NCBI GenBank assembly: GCA_030390025.1
Contig: JASTWF010000034.1
Span: forward strand, 868,001 to 932,000
From: Squalus acanthias
Taxonomy: Eukaryota
DNA: 64,000 nt
Reading direction: 5' to 3'
The notes below the pieces were generated by a model. That model made no database searches. It was not told where the DNA came from and was given only the letters and a program-made list of their open reading frames with translations. Made by a program: the position numbers and the translations under genes. Shown here piece after piece: positions 49,872 to 61,885 of this stretch. Within the stretch, counting starts at the first letter, position 1, and each line of letters starts with the position of its first letter.

Positions 49872-52800
49872 TTAGGAGGCCGGGATGCTCCCTCCATTTC
49901 GTAGCCGCCGGACGAGGGAGAGCCGCACCCGTTTGGGTTCTCGTAGCGGTAGAGGGGCCCTAGCCCGTTTACCCGCCGCGGGCCGTGGACCAGAGTCCGA
50001 GTGATCCAGCCCGCTCTGTGAGGGGTCAGGACGATCCTGACTGTGTACTGGTGCCCGAACGGGTGTCGGGCAGGGCTGTGGCAGATCCGTTTCCGAGCGT
50101 ATGGTACGGGGTGGATCGTGGCTGCGCGTGCGAGCCCCGACGGGCTCATAGTCAGTCTGCCCCAGGTCGGCACGCTGGAGTGAGGTACCAGCCGGCGTCA
50201 GATCCAGATCGTGATGAGAGGCACCTGGCGAGCACAGAGATGTGCCTGGTACAATATCATCCCCTGGTGTCCCTCTATGTTTCGGCGGGCAGGGAGCCAG
50301 ATCCCGCAATGACACGGTAGATTCCCGACCGTCAGGATACCGAATATAGGCGTAGGTAGGGTTGACGTCAGTGAGCTCAACCTCATCTACCAGGGGGTCA
50401 TTCTTAGACGCCCGAACATATCTTCGGAGTAGCACTGGTCCCGGTGCAGTCAGCCACGATGGGAGAGATATCCCATAGGATGAGCGACGCTGAAATCGGA
50501 AGAACCGTTCATGAGGCGTCGTATTTGTGGCGGTCGAAAGGAGGGACCATGTGGAGTGTAATGCGTCTGGAAGTACTGCTTCCCATTGCTGGTTGGGTAG
50601 GCCCCGAGATCTCAAAGCCAGACGTACCGCATTCCAGATGATAGCGTTAAAACGCTCGACTTGCCCATTCCCGACCGGATGATAAGGCGTCGTTCTGCTG
50701 GCAGCAATACCCCGTTCCGAGAGATAGGCCTTGAGTTCTCCTGACATAAAAGAAGGGCCCCGATCCGAATGAACATAGGATGCCATGCCACAGAAAGCAA
50801 ATACCTGCTCAAGGCAGCTGATAACCGTGGTCGTCAGCATATTGGGGCAGGGAAAGGCGAACGGAAAACGGGAATACTCATCGACCATGGTCAATAGATA
50901 AGTGTTGCGAGTTGAAGAGGGCAACGGCCCCTTAAAATCGATGCTAAGCCGTTGCATTGGCTGGGTCGCATGTATGAGTATACCACCCGAGGGGCGGAAA
51001 AACTGAGGTTTCAATTCCGCACAGACTCTGCAGTCCGAGCACATCTTCTTTACATCCCCGGTAGAGAATGGGAGATTTCGGGAACGCACGAAGTGTAGCA
51101 TGCGAGTAACGCCCGGATGACACAACCCATCATGGATGTCTACGAGCATAGAGGGTGCCATGGCGGAGCAGAATGCTCGTGTGAGGGTATCCGGAGCCAC
51201 ATTCTCCTTGCCAGGTCGATAGTGGATGGTGTAACCAAAAGAGGCCAATTCCAGCCGCCAAAGCTGGATTTTATTATTTTTAATTTTGGTCCGTTTTCGA
51301 TTATCGAGCATGAAGGCGACCGATCGCTGGTCCGTGATTAAGGTAAAGTGCTGGCGAGCTAGGAGATGAGTCCACTTCCGTACTGCCTCTATGATGGCTG
51401 TAGCTTCTTTCTCGACTGGAGGATAATGTAGCTCAGCCCCTTGAAAAGTCCTGGACAAAAATGCCACCGGACGACCTTCCTGATTCAGAGTGGCCGAGAC
51501 CGCCACCTCCGAGGCATCACACTCAACAACAAAAGGAAGACTCTCATCGATGGAGTGAAGAGCCGCTTTCTCCAACTGTTTTTTCAGGAGGTTAAAGGCT
51601 GCAACAGCCGCTGTGTCTAGTGGGAATGTGCTGGCCTTCAGTAGAGGTTGGATTCGGTCCGAGAAGTTAGGAATCCATTTAGCATAGTATGCAAACAGGC
51701 CGAGGGCCCGGCGCAAGGAGGCCGGATTCTTAGGTGGCGGGAGCTCTTGGAGTGGGCGAAGCCTTTCAGGGTCAGGTTTAATGATGCCATTGCCCACACA
51801 ATAGCCAAGGATGTTGATGGTTGGTTGTGACTCAATGGATTTAGCCGCATTTAATGTCAAATTACGGTGCTGGAGTGCATCCCAAAATCGTTGGAGATTG
51901 GCGTCATGTTCCCGCTGATTGCGACCTGCGACAGTAATATTGTCCAGATAAGGAAACGTATCCTTCAAGTCTTCCTGTTTGACCAGGTCATCCATTGCTC
52001 GCTGGAAGACAGCCACTCCAAAAGTGACCCCAAAGGGGAGGCGACGAAATTGATACAGCCGTCCATTGGCTTCAAAGGCCGTATACTGCTTGTCTGAGAC
52101 CTTCAAGGGTACCTGATGATAGGCACTTTTCAGATCATATGTTGAGAACACCGTGTACTCAGCCAGTTTATTAACCATATCATCGATGCGCGGCAATGGG
52201 TATGCATCCAAGTCCGTATATTGATTGATGGTCTGTGAATAGTCAATGCACAGCCGTTTCTTGTGAGGTTGTAGAGGGTTCTTAACAATAACGACCTGGG
52301 CGCGCCATGGCGACGAACAAGGCTCGATGATATCCTCTGCTAAAAGCCAAGAAATCTCAGCCGCAATAAAAGACTGGTCTTCCTGACTGAAACGTCGTGA
52401 CTTTGTTATAATCGGTTTGCATCGAGGAGGGATACTGGTAAACAGTGAGGGTTCATCCAGTGAAGCTGCTGACAATGCACAGAACGGTAATCGAGGTCGT
52501 ATATTAGAAATAGTGAGTTCAGGTTTGGATCCGCCGAACTCAATGGTGAGCTTCTTATGCTGCTTTTGAAAATCCAGCCCTAAGATAAGATCACTACATA
52601 AGTCCTTGAGCACCGAAAGCCGGGTGGAGGGATACCTGTGACCATTAAGTGTTATTTCAACCATACAAAAGCCAGAAATTCTGGTATTAAGTGATGACTG
52701 AGCCATCGCAATTGCCTGGTCCGATGGGAAAACATGTAGCTTTAACTCTGCAACAATCTGTTCCCTAATGAAACTATCAGTGCTACCTGAGTCAATTAAG

Positions 52801-53828
52801 GCATCTAAAGTATGTCCATTAATTGATGCTTTTGTAGCTGCATGGAATAGGTTCTGAGGACAAGCAGCTGTAATTGGTGTCGTTGCACAAAGAGTGGCTG
52901 AAACTCTAGGTGTGTTTCTTCGAGAGAAAACCCGAGAGGAAGCACGATAGATTTTAGCCGGAACATCTTGATAGGCCCTTACCGGGGCAGTTCGGTAGGA
53001 CTTAGCTTGATAAGCCCTCGTAGAGGCTCTTGATAGGCAAACCTTTGCAAAATGACCCTTTTTGTTGCAATGACTGCAAAACGCATTGCGAGCAGGGCAG
53101 AATTTCCGAGGGTGAAACTCATCACCACAAAAGAAGCATTTCTTAGATTGCCAAGAGGCTGCCACAGTGGGGTCATCATCCTCTTCATCAGTGAAGTCAT
53201 CAGATTGATCGTCAGGAATAAAGTCCTCCCTAATAGAGTTCACCTCTGGCCTCTTAAATTGCCTGACTGTAGTTAAGGCAGCAGACCGAGGTCTGGGCAC
53301 TGTATAAAGGTCTGCATTTCTTTTTGCCAGATCTAGAGAGCAAGCCATGTCATAAGCTCTCTGAAGCTCAAGTGTCTTACTTTCCAGTAGACGCTGGCGT
53401 ATAAATGGGGAGGCAAGCCCGCAGATGAAAGCATCACGGATCATTTCTTCACGGTACAGCTCAGCTGAGGCCGCCTGAAAGTTACAGTCCATACTAAGTC
53501 TGCGAAGCTCTTGGAGGAATTTATCAATGGATTCCTCCGGCCCTTGTTGGGCTGTAGCTAGTAGATGTCTGGCATAGACCTCATTCGGTGTCTTAGTATA
53601 TAGTCTTTTAAGCGTCCGAATTGCCTCCTCGTAACTGCCCCATTCCTCAACATACTGAAATACATTCGGAGTGACACAGTTGATGAGTATCCGCAACTTT
53701 GTGTCATCATCAGCCTTGCAATATTCGAGAAAATTGTCAAACGTGCGATACCAGTGTTTCCACACCTTACCGGCTGCTGGGGTGTTTGGGTCCAAGTCAA
53801 GACGCGATGGTTTAAGGATGTTTTCCAT
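49872..53828 (-). CDS. Gypsy Gag-Pol polyprotein (1318 aa)
   Basis: Two CCHC knuckles, LIDSGS protease, YLDN RT, ECDAS RNase H, HHCC and IDFKGP/HSDRG/QVER integrase; order PR-RT-RH-IN. Confidence 0.96.
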   Translation of the reverse strand: MENILKPSRLDLDPNTPAAGKVWKHWYRTFDNFLEYCKADDDTKLRILINCVTPNVFQYVEEWGSYEEAIRTLKRLYTKTPNEVYARHLLATAQQGPEESIDKFLQELRRLSMDCNFQAASAELYREEMIRDAFICGLASPFIRQRLLESKTLELQRAYDMACSLDLAKRNADLYTVPRPRSAALTTVRQFKRPEVNSIREDFIPDDQSDDFTDEEDDDPTVAASWQSKKCFFCGDEFHPRKFCPARNAFCSHCNKKGHFAKVCLSRASTRAYQAKSYRTAPVRAYQDVPAKIYRASSRVFSRRNTPRVSATLCATTPITAACPQNLFHAATKASINGHTLDALIDSGSTDSFIREQIVAELKLHVFPSDQAIAMAQSSLNTRISGFCMVEITLNGHRYPSTRLSVLKDLCSDLILGLDFQKQHKKLTIEFGGSKPELTISNIRPRLPFCALSAASLDEPSLFTSIPPRCKPIITKSRRFSQEDQSFIAAEISWLLAEDIIEPCSSPWRAQVVIVKNPLQPHKKRLCIDYSQTINQYTDLDAYPLPRIDDMVNKLAEYTVFSTYDLKSAYHQVPLKVSDKQYTAFEANGRLYQFRRLPFGVTFGVAVFQRAMDDLVKQEDLKDTFPYLDNITVAGRNQREHDANLQRFWDALQHRNLTLNAAKSIESQPTINILGYCVGNGIIKPDPERLRPLQELPPPKNPASLRRALGLFAYYAKWIPNFSDRIQPLLKASTFPLDTAAVAAFNLLKKQLEKAALHSIDESLPFVVECDASEVAVSATLNQEGRPVAFLSRTFQGAELHYPPVEKEATAIIEAVRKWTHLLARQHFTLITDQRSVAFMLDNRKRTKIKNNKIQLWRLELASFGYTIHYRPGKENVAPDTLTRAFCSAMAPSMLVDIHDGLCHPGVTRMLHFVRSRNLPFSTGDVKKMCSDCRVCAELKPQFFRPSGGILIHATQPMQRLSIDFKGPLPSSTRNTYLLTMVDEYSRFPFAFPCPNMLTTTVISCLEQVFAFCGMASYVHSDRGPSFMSGELKAYLSERGIAASRTTPYHPVGNGQVERFNAIIWNAVRLALRSRGLPNQQWEAVLPDALHSTWSLLSTATNTTPHERFFRFQRRSSYGISLPSWLTAPGPVLLRRYVRASKNDPLVDEVELTDVNPTYAYIRYPDGRESTVSLRDLAPCPPKHRGTPGDDIVPGTSLCSPGASHHDLDLTPAGTSLQRADLGQTDYEPVGARTRSHDPPRTIRSETDLPQPCPTPVRAPVHSQDRPDPSQSGLDHSDSGPRPAAGKRARAPLPLREPKRVRLSLVRRLRNGGSIPAS

Positions 53829-53906
53829 GATGGGTGATTCCCTGGATCCTTAGTTCCGAGTTCGTCCAAAAAGTTTGAGTGCGAAGTTTTTCAAAGTTGA
53901 TTAAAT

Positions 53907-54100
53907 TGTCGTAAGAATGAGCCTTACGCGTGGTGAACTTAAAGTAAGCTTCAATCAACTAAAAAGGTGCTACATACAAAAGAGGTCTTACTCTATGCCT
54001 CTCCAGGATCCAACTGCTCAGTCCAGTATTTATCCTGGACTAATCACAGGAAGTGATGCAATAAAGTTCGAGTCACAGGAAGCTGTATTGTGTTACCACA
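53907..54100 (-). repeat. Gypsy 5' LTR
   Basis: Direct repeat of 49660-49853. Confidence 0.96.
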
Positions 54101-56293
54101 TGCACCACTCCCCTCACTGTAACACTGACATACCCCACACCCCTCACTGTAACACTGATATACCCCACACCCCTCACTGTAACACTGATATACCCCACAC
54201 CCCTCAGTGTAACACTGATATACCCCACACCCCTCACTGTAAAACTGATACACCCCACACCCCTCACTGTAAAACTGATATACACAACACCCCTCACTGT
54301 AACACTGATATACTCCAAACCATTCACTGTAACACTGATGTACACCACACCACTCACTGTAACACTGATATATCCATATACCCCACACCCCTCAGTATGA
54401 CACTAAAATACCCCACACCCCTCACTGTAACGCACTGATATAAACCACACCCCTCACTGTAACACTGATATAGCCAACACCCCTCACTGTAACACAGATA
54501 TATACAGCACCCCACACTGTAAAACTCATAAACCCCACAACCATCACTGTAACACTGATATACACCACACCCTTCACTGTAACACTGATATAACCCATAC
54601 CCCTCACTGTAACACTGATATTACCCGACACCCCACACTGTAACACTGATATACCCCACACCCTTCACTGTAACACTGAAATATCCCGCACCCCTCACTT
54701 TAACACTGATATACCCCACATCCCTCACTGTAACACTGATGTACCACACAACTCTCACTGTAACACTGATATACCCCACACCCCTCACTGTAACACTGAT
54801 ATACCCCACACCCCTCACTGTAACACTGATATAACCGACACCTCTCACTGTAACACTGATATTACCCGACACCCCACACTGTAACACTGAGATACCCCAA
54901 ACCCTTCACTGTAACACTGATATACCCCACACCCCTCACTGTAACACTGATATACCCCACACACCTCACTGTAACACTGATATACCCCACACCACACACT
55001 GTAACACTGATATACCCCACACCCCTCACTGTAACACTGATATACCCCGCACCCCTCACTTTAACACTGATATACCCCACACCCCTCACTGTAACACTGA
55101 TATACCCCACACCCCTCACTGTAACACTGATATACCCCACACCCTTCACTGTAACACTGAAATATCCCGCACCCCTCACTTTAACACTGATGTACCACAC
55201 AACTCTCACTGTAACGCTGATATACCCCACACCCCTCACTGTAACACTGATATACCCCACACCCCTCACTGTAACACTGATATACCCCACACCCCTCACT
55301 GTAACACTGATATAACCGACACCCCTCACTGTAACACTGATATTACCCGACACCCCACACTGTAACACTGATATACCCCACACCCTTCACTGTAACACTG
55401 ATATACCCCACACCCCTCACTGTAACACTGATATACCCCACATCCCTCACTGTAACACTGATGTACCACACAACTCTCACTTTAACACTGATATACCCCA
55501 CACCCCTCACTGTAACACTGATATACCCCACACCCCTCACTGTAACACTGATATAACCGACACCCCTCACTGTAACACTGATATTACCCGACACCCCACA
55601 CTGTAACACTGAGATACCCCAAACCCTTCACTGTAACACTGATATACACCACACCCCTCACTGTAACACTGATATACCCCACACCCCTCACTGTAACACT
55701 GATATACCCCACACCACACACTGTAACACTGATATACCCCACACCCCTCACTGTAACACTGATATACCCCGCACCCCTCACTTTAACACTGATATACCCC
55801 ACACCCCTCACTGTAACACTGATATACCCCACACCCCTCACTGTAACACTGATATACCCCACACCCTTCACTGTAACACTGAAATATCCCGCACCCCTCA
55901 CTTTAACACTGATGTACCACACAACTCTCACTGTAACGCTGATATACCCCACACCCCTCACTGTAACACTGATATACCCCACACCCCTCACTGTAACACT
56001 GATATACCCCACACCCCTCACTGTAACACTGATATAACCGACACCCCTCACTGTAACACTGATATTACCCGACACCCCACACTGTAACACTGATATACCC
56101 CACACCCTTCACTGTAACACTGATATACCCCACACCCCTCACTGTAACACTGATATACCCCACACCCCACACTGTAACACTGATATACCCCACACCCCAC
56201 ACTGTAACACTGATATACCCCACACCCCTCACTGTAACACTGATATACCCCGCACCCCTCAATTTAACACTCTGATTCACTGGGAAGGCGAGC

Positions 56294-59200
56294 AGTGAGC
56301 TGCTGGTTTAGTGGGCCTGTGAGCTGCTGGTTTAGTGGGTCAGTGAGCTGCTGGTTTAGTGGACCAGTGAGCTGCTGGTTTAGTGGGCCAGTGAGCTGCT
56401 GGTTTAGTGGGCCAGTGAGCTGCTGGTTTAGTGGGCCAGTGAGCTGCTGGTTTAGTGGGCCAGTGAGCTGCTGGTTTAGTGGGCCAGTGAGCTGCTGGTT
56501 GAGTGACCAGTGAGCTGCTGGTTGTGTGGGCCAGTGAGTGCGGGTTTAGTGGGCCAGTGAGCTGCGGGTTTAGTGGGCCAGTGAGCTGCTGGTTTAGTGT
56601 GCCAGTGAGCTGCTGGTTTAGTGGGCCAGTGAGCTGCTGGTTTAGTGGGGTGGTGAGCTGCTGGTTTAGTGGGCCAGTGAGCTGCTGGTGTAGTGGGGTG
56701 GTGAGCTGCTGGTTTAGTGGGCCAGTGTGCTGCTGGTTTAGTGTGCCAGTGAGCTGCTGGTTTAGTGGGCCAGTGAGCTGCCAGTTGAGTGGCCAGTGAG
56801 CTGCTGGTTGTGTGGGCCAGTGAGTGCGTTTTTAGTGGGCCAGTGAGCTGCGGGTTTAGTGGGCCAGTGAGCTGCTGGTTTAGTGTGCCAGTGAGCTGCT
56901 GGTTTAGTGGGCCAGTGAGCTGCTGGTTTAGTGGGGTGGTGAGCTGCTGGTTTAGTGGGCCAGTGAGCTGCTGGTTTAGTGGGGTGGTGAGCTGCTGGTT
57001 TAGTGGGCCAGTGTGCTGCTGGTTTAGTGGGCCAGTGAGCTGCTGGTTTAGTGGGCCAGTGAGCTGCTGGTTTAGTGGGGTGGTGAGCTGCTGGTTTAGT
57101 GGGCCAGTGTGCTGCTGGTTTAGTGGGCCATGAACTGCTGGTTTAGTGGGCCAGTGAGCTGCTGGTTTAGTGGGGTGGTGATCTGCTGGTTTAGTGGGCC
57201 AGTGAGCTGCTGGTTTAGTGGGCCAGTGAGCTGCTTGTTTAGTGGGGAGGTGCGCTGCTGGTTTAGTGGGCCAGTGTTCTGCTGGTTTAGTGGGCCAGTG
57301 AGCTGCTGGTTTAGTGGGCCAGTGAGCTGCTGGTTTAGTGGGCCAGTGAGCTGCTGGTTTAGTCGGCCAGTGAGCTGCTGGTTTGGTGGGCCAGTGAGTG
57401 CGGGTTTAGTGGGCCAGTGAGCAGCGGGTTTAGTGGGCCAGTGAGCTGCTGGTTTAGTGGGGTGGTGAGCTGCTGGTTTAGTGGGCCAGTGAGCTGTTGG
57501 TGTAGTGGGGTGGTGAGCTGCTGGTTTAGTGGGCCAGTGTGCTGCTGGTTTAGTGTGCCAGTGAGCTGCTGGTTTAGTGGGCCAGTGAGCTGCCAGTTGA
57601 GTGGCCAGTGAGCTGCTGGTTGTGTGGGCCAGTGAGTGCGTTTTTAGTGGGCCAGTGAGCTGCGGGTTTAGTGGGCCAGTGAGCTGCTGGTTTAGTGTGC
57701 CAGTGAGCTCCTGGTTTAGTGGGCCAGTGAGCTGCTGGTTTAGTGGGGTGGTGAGCTGCTGGTTTAGTGGGCCAGTGAGCTGCTGGTTTAGTGGGGTGGT
57801 GAGCTGCTGGTTTAGTGGGCCAGTGTGCTGCTGGTTTAGTGGGCCAGTGAGCTGCTGGTTTAGTGGGCCAGTGAGCTGCTGGTTTAGTGGGGTGGTGAGC
57901 TGCTGGTTTAGTGGGCCAGTGTGCTGCTGGTTTAGTGGGCCATGAACTGCTGGTTTAGTGGGCCAGTGAGCTGCTGGTTTAGTGGGGTGGTGATCTGCTG
58001 GTTTAGTGGGCCAGTGAGCTGCTGGTTTAGTGGGCCAGTGAGCTGCTTGTTTAGTGGGGAGGGGCGCTGCTGGTTTAGTGGGCCAGTGTGCTGCTGGTTT
58101 AGTGGGCCAGTGAGCTGCTGGTTTAGTGGGCAGTGAGCTGCTGGTTTAGTGGGCCAGTGAGCTGCTGGTTTAGTGGGCCAGTGAGCTGCTGGTTTGGTGG
58201 GCCAGTGAGTGCGGGTTTAGTGGGCCAGTGAGCAGCGGGTTTAGTGGGCCAGTGAGCTGCTGGTTTAGTGTGCCAGTGAGCTGCTGGTTTAGTGGGCCAG
58301 TGAGCTGCTGGTTTAGTGGGCCAGTGAGCTGCTGGTTTAGTGGGGTGGTGAGCTGCTGGTTTAGTGGGCCAGTGAGATGCTGGTTTAGTGGGCCAGTGAG
58401 CTGCTGGTTTAGTGGGGAGGTGAGCTGCTGGTTTAGTGAGCCAGTGTGCTGCTGGTTTAGTGGGCCAGTGAGCTGCTGGTTTAGTGGGCCAGTGAGCTGC
58501 TGGTTTAGTGGGCTAGTGAGCTGCTGGTTTAGTGGGCCAGTGAGCTGCTGGTTTAGTGGGCCAGTGAGCTGCTGGTTTAGTGGGCCAGTGAGCTGCTTGT
58601 TTAGTGGGGAGGTGAGCTGCTGGTTTAGTGGGCCAGTGAGCTGCTGGTTTAGTGGGCCAGTGAGCTGCTTGTTTAGTGGGGAGGTGAGCTGCTGGTTTAG
58701 TGTGGAGGTGAGCTGCTGGTTTAGTGGGCCAGTGAGCTGCTGGTTTAGTGGTCCAGTGAGCTGCTGGTTTAGTGGGGTGGTGAGCTGCTGGTTTAGTGGG
58801 GCGGTGCGCTGCTGGTTTATTGGGGCGGTGAGCTGCTGGTTTAGTGGGCCAGTGAGCTGCTGGTTTAGTGGGCCAGTGAGCTGCTGGTTTAGTGGGGAGG
58901 TGAGCTGCTGGTTTAGTGAGGAGGTGAGCTGCTGGTTTAGTGGGCCAGTGAGCTGCTGGTTTAGTGGGCCAGTGAGCTGCTGGTTTAGTGGGCCAGTGAG
59001 CTGCGGGTTTAGTGGGGAGGTGAACTGCTGGTTTTGTGGGGAGGTGTGCTGCTGGTTTAGTGGGGAGGTGAGCTGCTGGTTTAGTGGGGAGGTGAGCTGT
59101 TGCTTTAGTGGGCCAGTGAGCTGCTGGTTTAGTGGGGTGGTGAGCTGCTGGTTTAGTGGGGAGGTGAGCTGCTGGTTTAGTGGGCCAGTGAGCTGCTGGT

Positions 59201-59697
59201 TTAGTGGGCCAGTGAGCTGCTGGTTTAGTGGGCCAGTGAGCTGCTGGTTTAGTGGGGAGGTGAGCTGCTGGTTTAGTGGGGAGTGAGCTGCTGGTTTAGT
59301 GGGGCGGTGAGCTGCTGGTTTAGTGGGGCGGTGAGCTGCTGGTTTAGTGGGGCGGTGAGCTGCTGGTTTAGTGGGGAGGTGAGGTGCTGGTTTAGTGGTG
59401 AGGTGAGCTGTTGGTTTAGTGGGGTGGTGAGCTGCTGGTTTAGTGGGGCAGTGAGCTGCTGGTTTAGTGGGGCGGTGAGCTGCTGGTTTAGTGGGGCAGT
59501 GAGCTGCTGGTTTAGTGGGCCAGTGAGCTGCTGGTTTAGTGGGGCGGTGAGCTGCTGGTTTAGTGGGGCGGTGAGCTGCTGGTTTAGTGGGGCGGTGAGC
59601 TGCTGGTTTAGTGGGGAGTGAGCTGCTGGTTTAGTGGGGCGGTGAGCTGCTGGTTTAGTGGGGAGGTGAGCTGCTGGTTTAGTGGGGCGGTGAGCTG
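56294..59697. repeat. 24-bp minisatellite (gtgagctgctggtttagtgggcca)
   Basis: Roughly 140 tandem copies. Confidence 0.96.
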
Positions 59698-60039
59698 TTA
59701 TCATTCGTTTTTCTTGCCCATTAATCTCTGTCAGTTTGTTCTTTACTCTCCCACACAGGTGTGTTAATTACCTGCTGCTGTAACCTTCAAACCCTCACAG
59801 CTTCCAATGTCCTTTACAAAAGGGACTGATTCTCTGGCCACACTCCCCAGCAGTCCTCCAGACACCTTGCTGGTATTAAATTCAATCTTCACACTCACCC
59901 ATGCTTGGCAGCAGATGTGTGTCTATCTGGACTGTGTTTTAACCTAACTTAATCCCATGTTATTCTAGCTTAATATTGAAATAACTCTATATGTCAACCA
60001 GTGTATTCTATTTAATAATCGATACATACCAATACTTAC

Positions 60040-60590
60040 AAGAACTTTTAAAAGGTCTGCTGTCAGAGTGAACCCGCTGGTTTTTCAGCAGGATGGGTGA
60101 CCGACTGAAGCCCTTCCCACGCACGGATCGGGTCAACAGTCTCTCCCCAGTGTGACTGTGCTGATGAATTTGCATCTCAGACGGATAATTGAATCCCTTC
60201 TCACATTCCCCACATTCCCACGGTTTCTCCATGGTCCATCTGTCTCTCCAGGTGGGACGATCGGTTGAAGCCTCGTCCACACACAGAACACGTGTACGGT
60301 TTCTCCCCGCTGTGAATGGTGCGAAGTTTTTTCAGGCTGTGTAACATGGTTACAGCTCTCTCCAGTCAGTGCACTGGAACACTCTCGTTCAAGTGTGAAT
60401 GGGTCTCGATGCTTTCCCAGTCACAATGTTTGAAATCCTTTCCCACACACAAGAACCCGAGAAAGATTTCTCCTTCCGCATTCAAAGGCCGATGATATTC
60501 AGGTCCTGATGAATCGAGTGACTCTGTCAGATCTTGGCGTGATGTTTGGTTTGAGTTTCTTGTCTACAAATCCTCCCCTTCTCATACCCT
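60040..60590 (-). pseudogene. Decayed C2H2 zinc-finger gene exon
   Basis: [47 protein letters not shown] (Cys lost); frameshifts; candidate intron 60589-60742 (donor G|gtaagg). Confidence 0.85.
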
Positions 60591-60809
60591 TTAAAAGGAG
60601 ATTACAAAAGTCATCACTAAGTACAGGACAGAAATTCAGAACAGAGAATTCTCGTTTCTATGGTACAATCTTTCCTCTCGTATTTCCCCCCAAAAGCTGT
60701 AACTTTCTGTCCCACACACTCTCCCTCTCCTGAAATCCTTACCCATTGCACCATATCTTTTCCCCTCTCCCAGTCTCTCCCACCCTCTGCTCTCCAGTTC
60801 TACAGACCC

Positions 60810-61315
60810 TGTGTGCGAGGAGTGTGATGGAATACTCTCCACTTGCCTTGATGAGTACAGCTCCAACAACACTCCAGAAGCTCGACACCATCCAAGACAA
60901 AGCAGCCCGCTTGATTGACAACCCATCCATCACCTTACACCTTCGCTTCCTCCACCACCGGTGTACCGTGGCTGCAGTGTGTACCATCTACAAGATGCAC
61001 TACAGCAACTCGCCAAGACATCTTCGCCAGCACCACCCAAACCCGCAACCTCTTCCACCTAGAAGGACAAGGGCAGCAGATGCATGGGAACCCCACCACC
61101 TCCAGGTTCCCCTCCAAGTCACACACCATCCTGACTTGGAAGTGTATCGCCGATCCTTCATCGTCGCTGGGTCAAAATCCTGGAATTCCCTACCGACGGA
61201 CTGCAGCGGTTCAAGAAGGCAGATCACCACCACCTTCTCAAGGGCAGTTAGGGATGGGCAATAAATGCTGGCCTTGCCAGCGACCCTCACATCCCATAAA
61301 CGAATAATAAAAAAG
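60810..61315 (+). mobile_element. LINE 3' end, paralogue of 16250-16698
   Basis: SVMEYSPLA..LDTIQDKAARLI; same tail and same downstream flank. Confidence 0.85.
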
Positions 61316-61319
61316 TGCT

Positions 61320-61755
61320 TCTGCTGCAGTTGCACTGAGGGCCGCACATGCGCCCTGACCCCCGCCCTGTCCAAGATGGCGGCGCGGGGAAAAGTCCCGC
61401 CTTCCTTCACCAAGATGGCGGCCGGTTGCCGGGGTAACCCGGGCCTGTCGCCGGGGAGAAAGCCTTCAGCAAGTTGGTGGACAGTCGCCCCGCTCACTCG
61501 AGCCGCCGGGCCTGGCGCTGCGGCGCAAACACAAGGCCCCGCGTGTTCTTATTCGGGGCCTGAGGCCTAGGCCAGGTGTTTGTGAAGCTTCCCAGACCCC
61601 GCGCCGCCTGTTCCTCTTCGGCCCTCTGAATCTCCTGCCGGCTCTTGAATCGTTTGTTCGGCCATTAGTACAACAGGAAATGCTCTGACGAAGTTATCGA
61701 CCTGAAACGTTGTCTTCTGTTTCTCTCCCCGCCAAGTTCCTGCTGCCGCCATTGC
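61320..61755. promoter_or_regulatory. CpG-island-like element, paralogue of 16700-17125
   Basis: Two AAGATGGCGGC motifs, GC boxes; lies upstream of the minus-strand zinc-finger relic. Confidence 0.55.
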
Positions 61756-61885
61756 CATACGTCCGGATTTCCGAGCCGTTAGCAGCAGCCAGCGCCAGTC
61801 GTCGTTCGCCATTTTGGATGTCGAGGGAGTAGGCCGGGAAGATGCTGTGCTGAGCCCCAGTGTCGTACAGGAACCGGCGGTCATT
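61755..61885 (-). mobile_element. Gypsy aspartic protease fragment
   Basis: RRFLYDTGAQHSIFP...LAAANGSEIRTYG. Confidence 0.75.

Larger units (their letters stand above)
49660..54100 (-). mobile_element. Complete Ty3/Gypsy LTR retrotransposon (Mag-like), 4441 bp
   Basis: 194-bp TG..CA LTRs differing at one base, 5-bp TSD TGCAC (49655-49659 and 54101-54105), polypurine tract at 49854-49866, single intact ORF. Confidence 0.97.
49300..56272. repeat. 30-bp minisatellite (ctgtaacactgatataccccacacccctca), split by the Gypsy element (49300-49654 and 54106-56272)
   Basis: Tandem 30-nt periodicity. Confidence 0.95.

Noticed and set aside
54044..56280. (ISVTVRGVGY)n and (HCNTDIPHTP)n ORFs
   Set aside because: Artefacts of the 30-bp repeat
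58228..59286. 352-aa Cys/Trp-rich ORF (SCWFSGPV)n
   Set aside because: In-frame translation of a 24-bp minisatellite, broken by frameshifts along the array
60008..60280. Functional zinc-finger gene
   Set aside because: Lost Cys/His ligands and frameshifts; called a pseudogene
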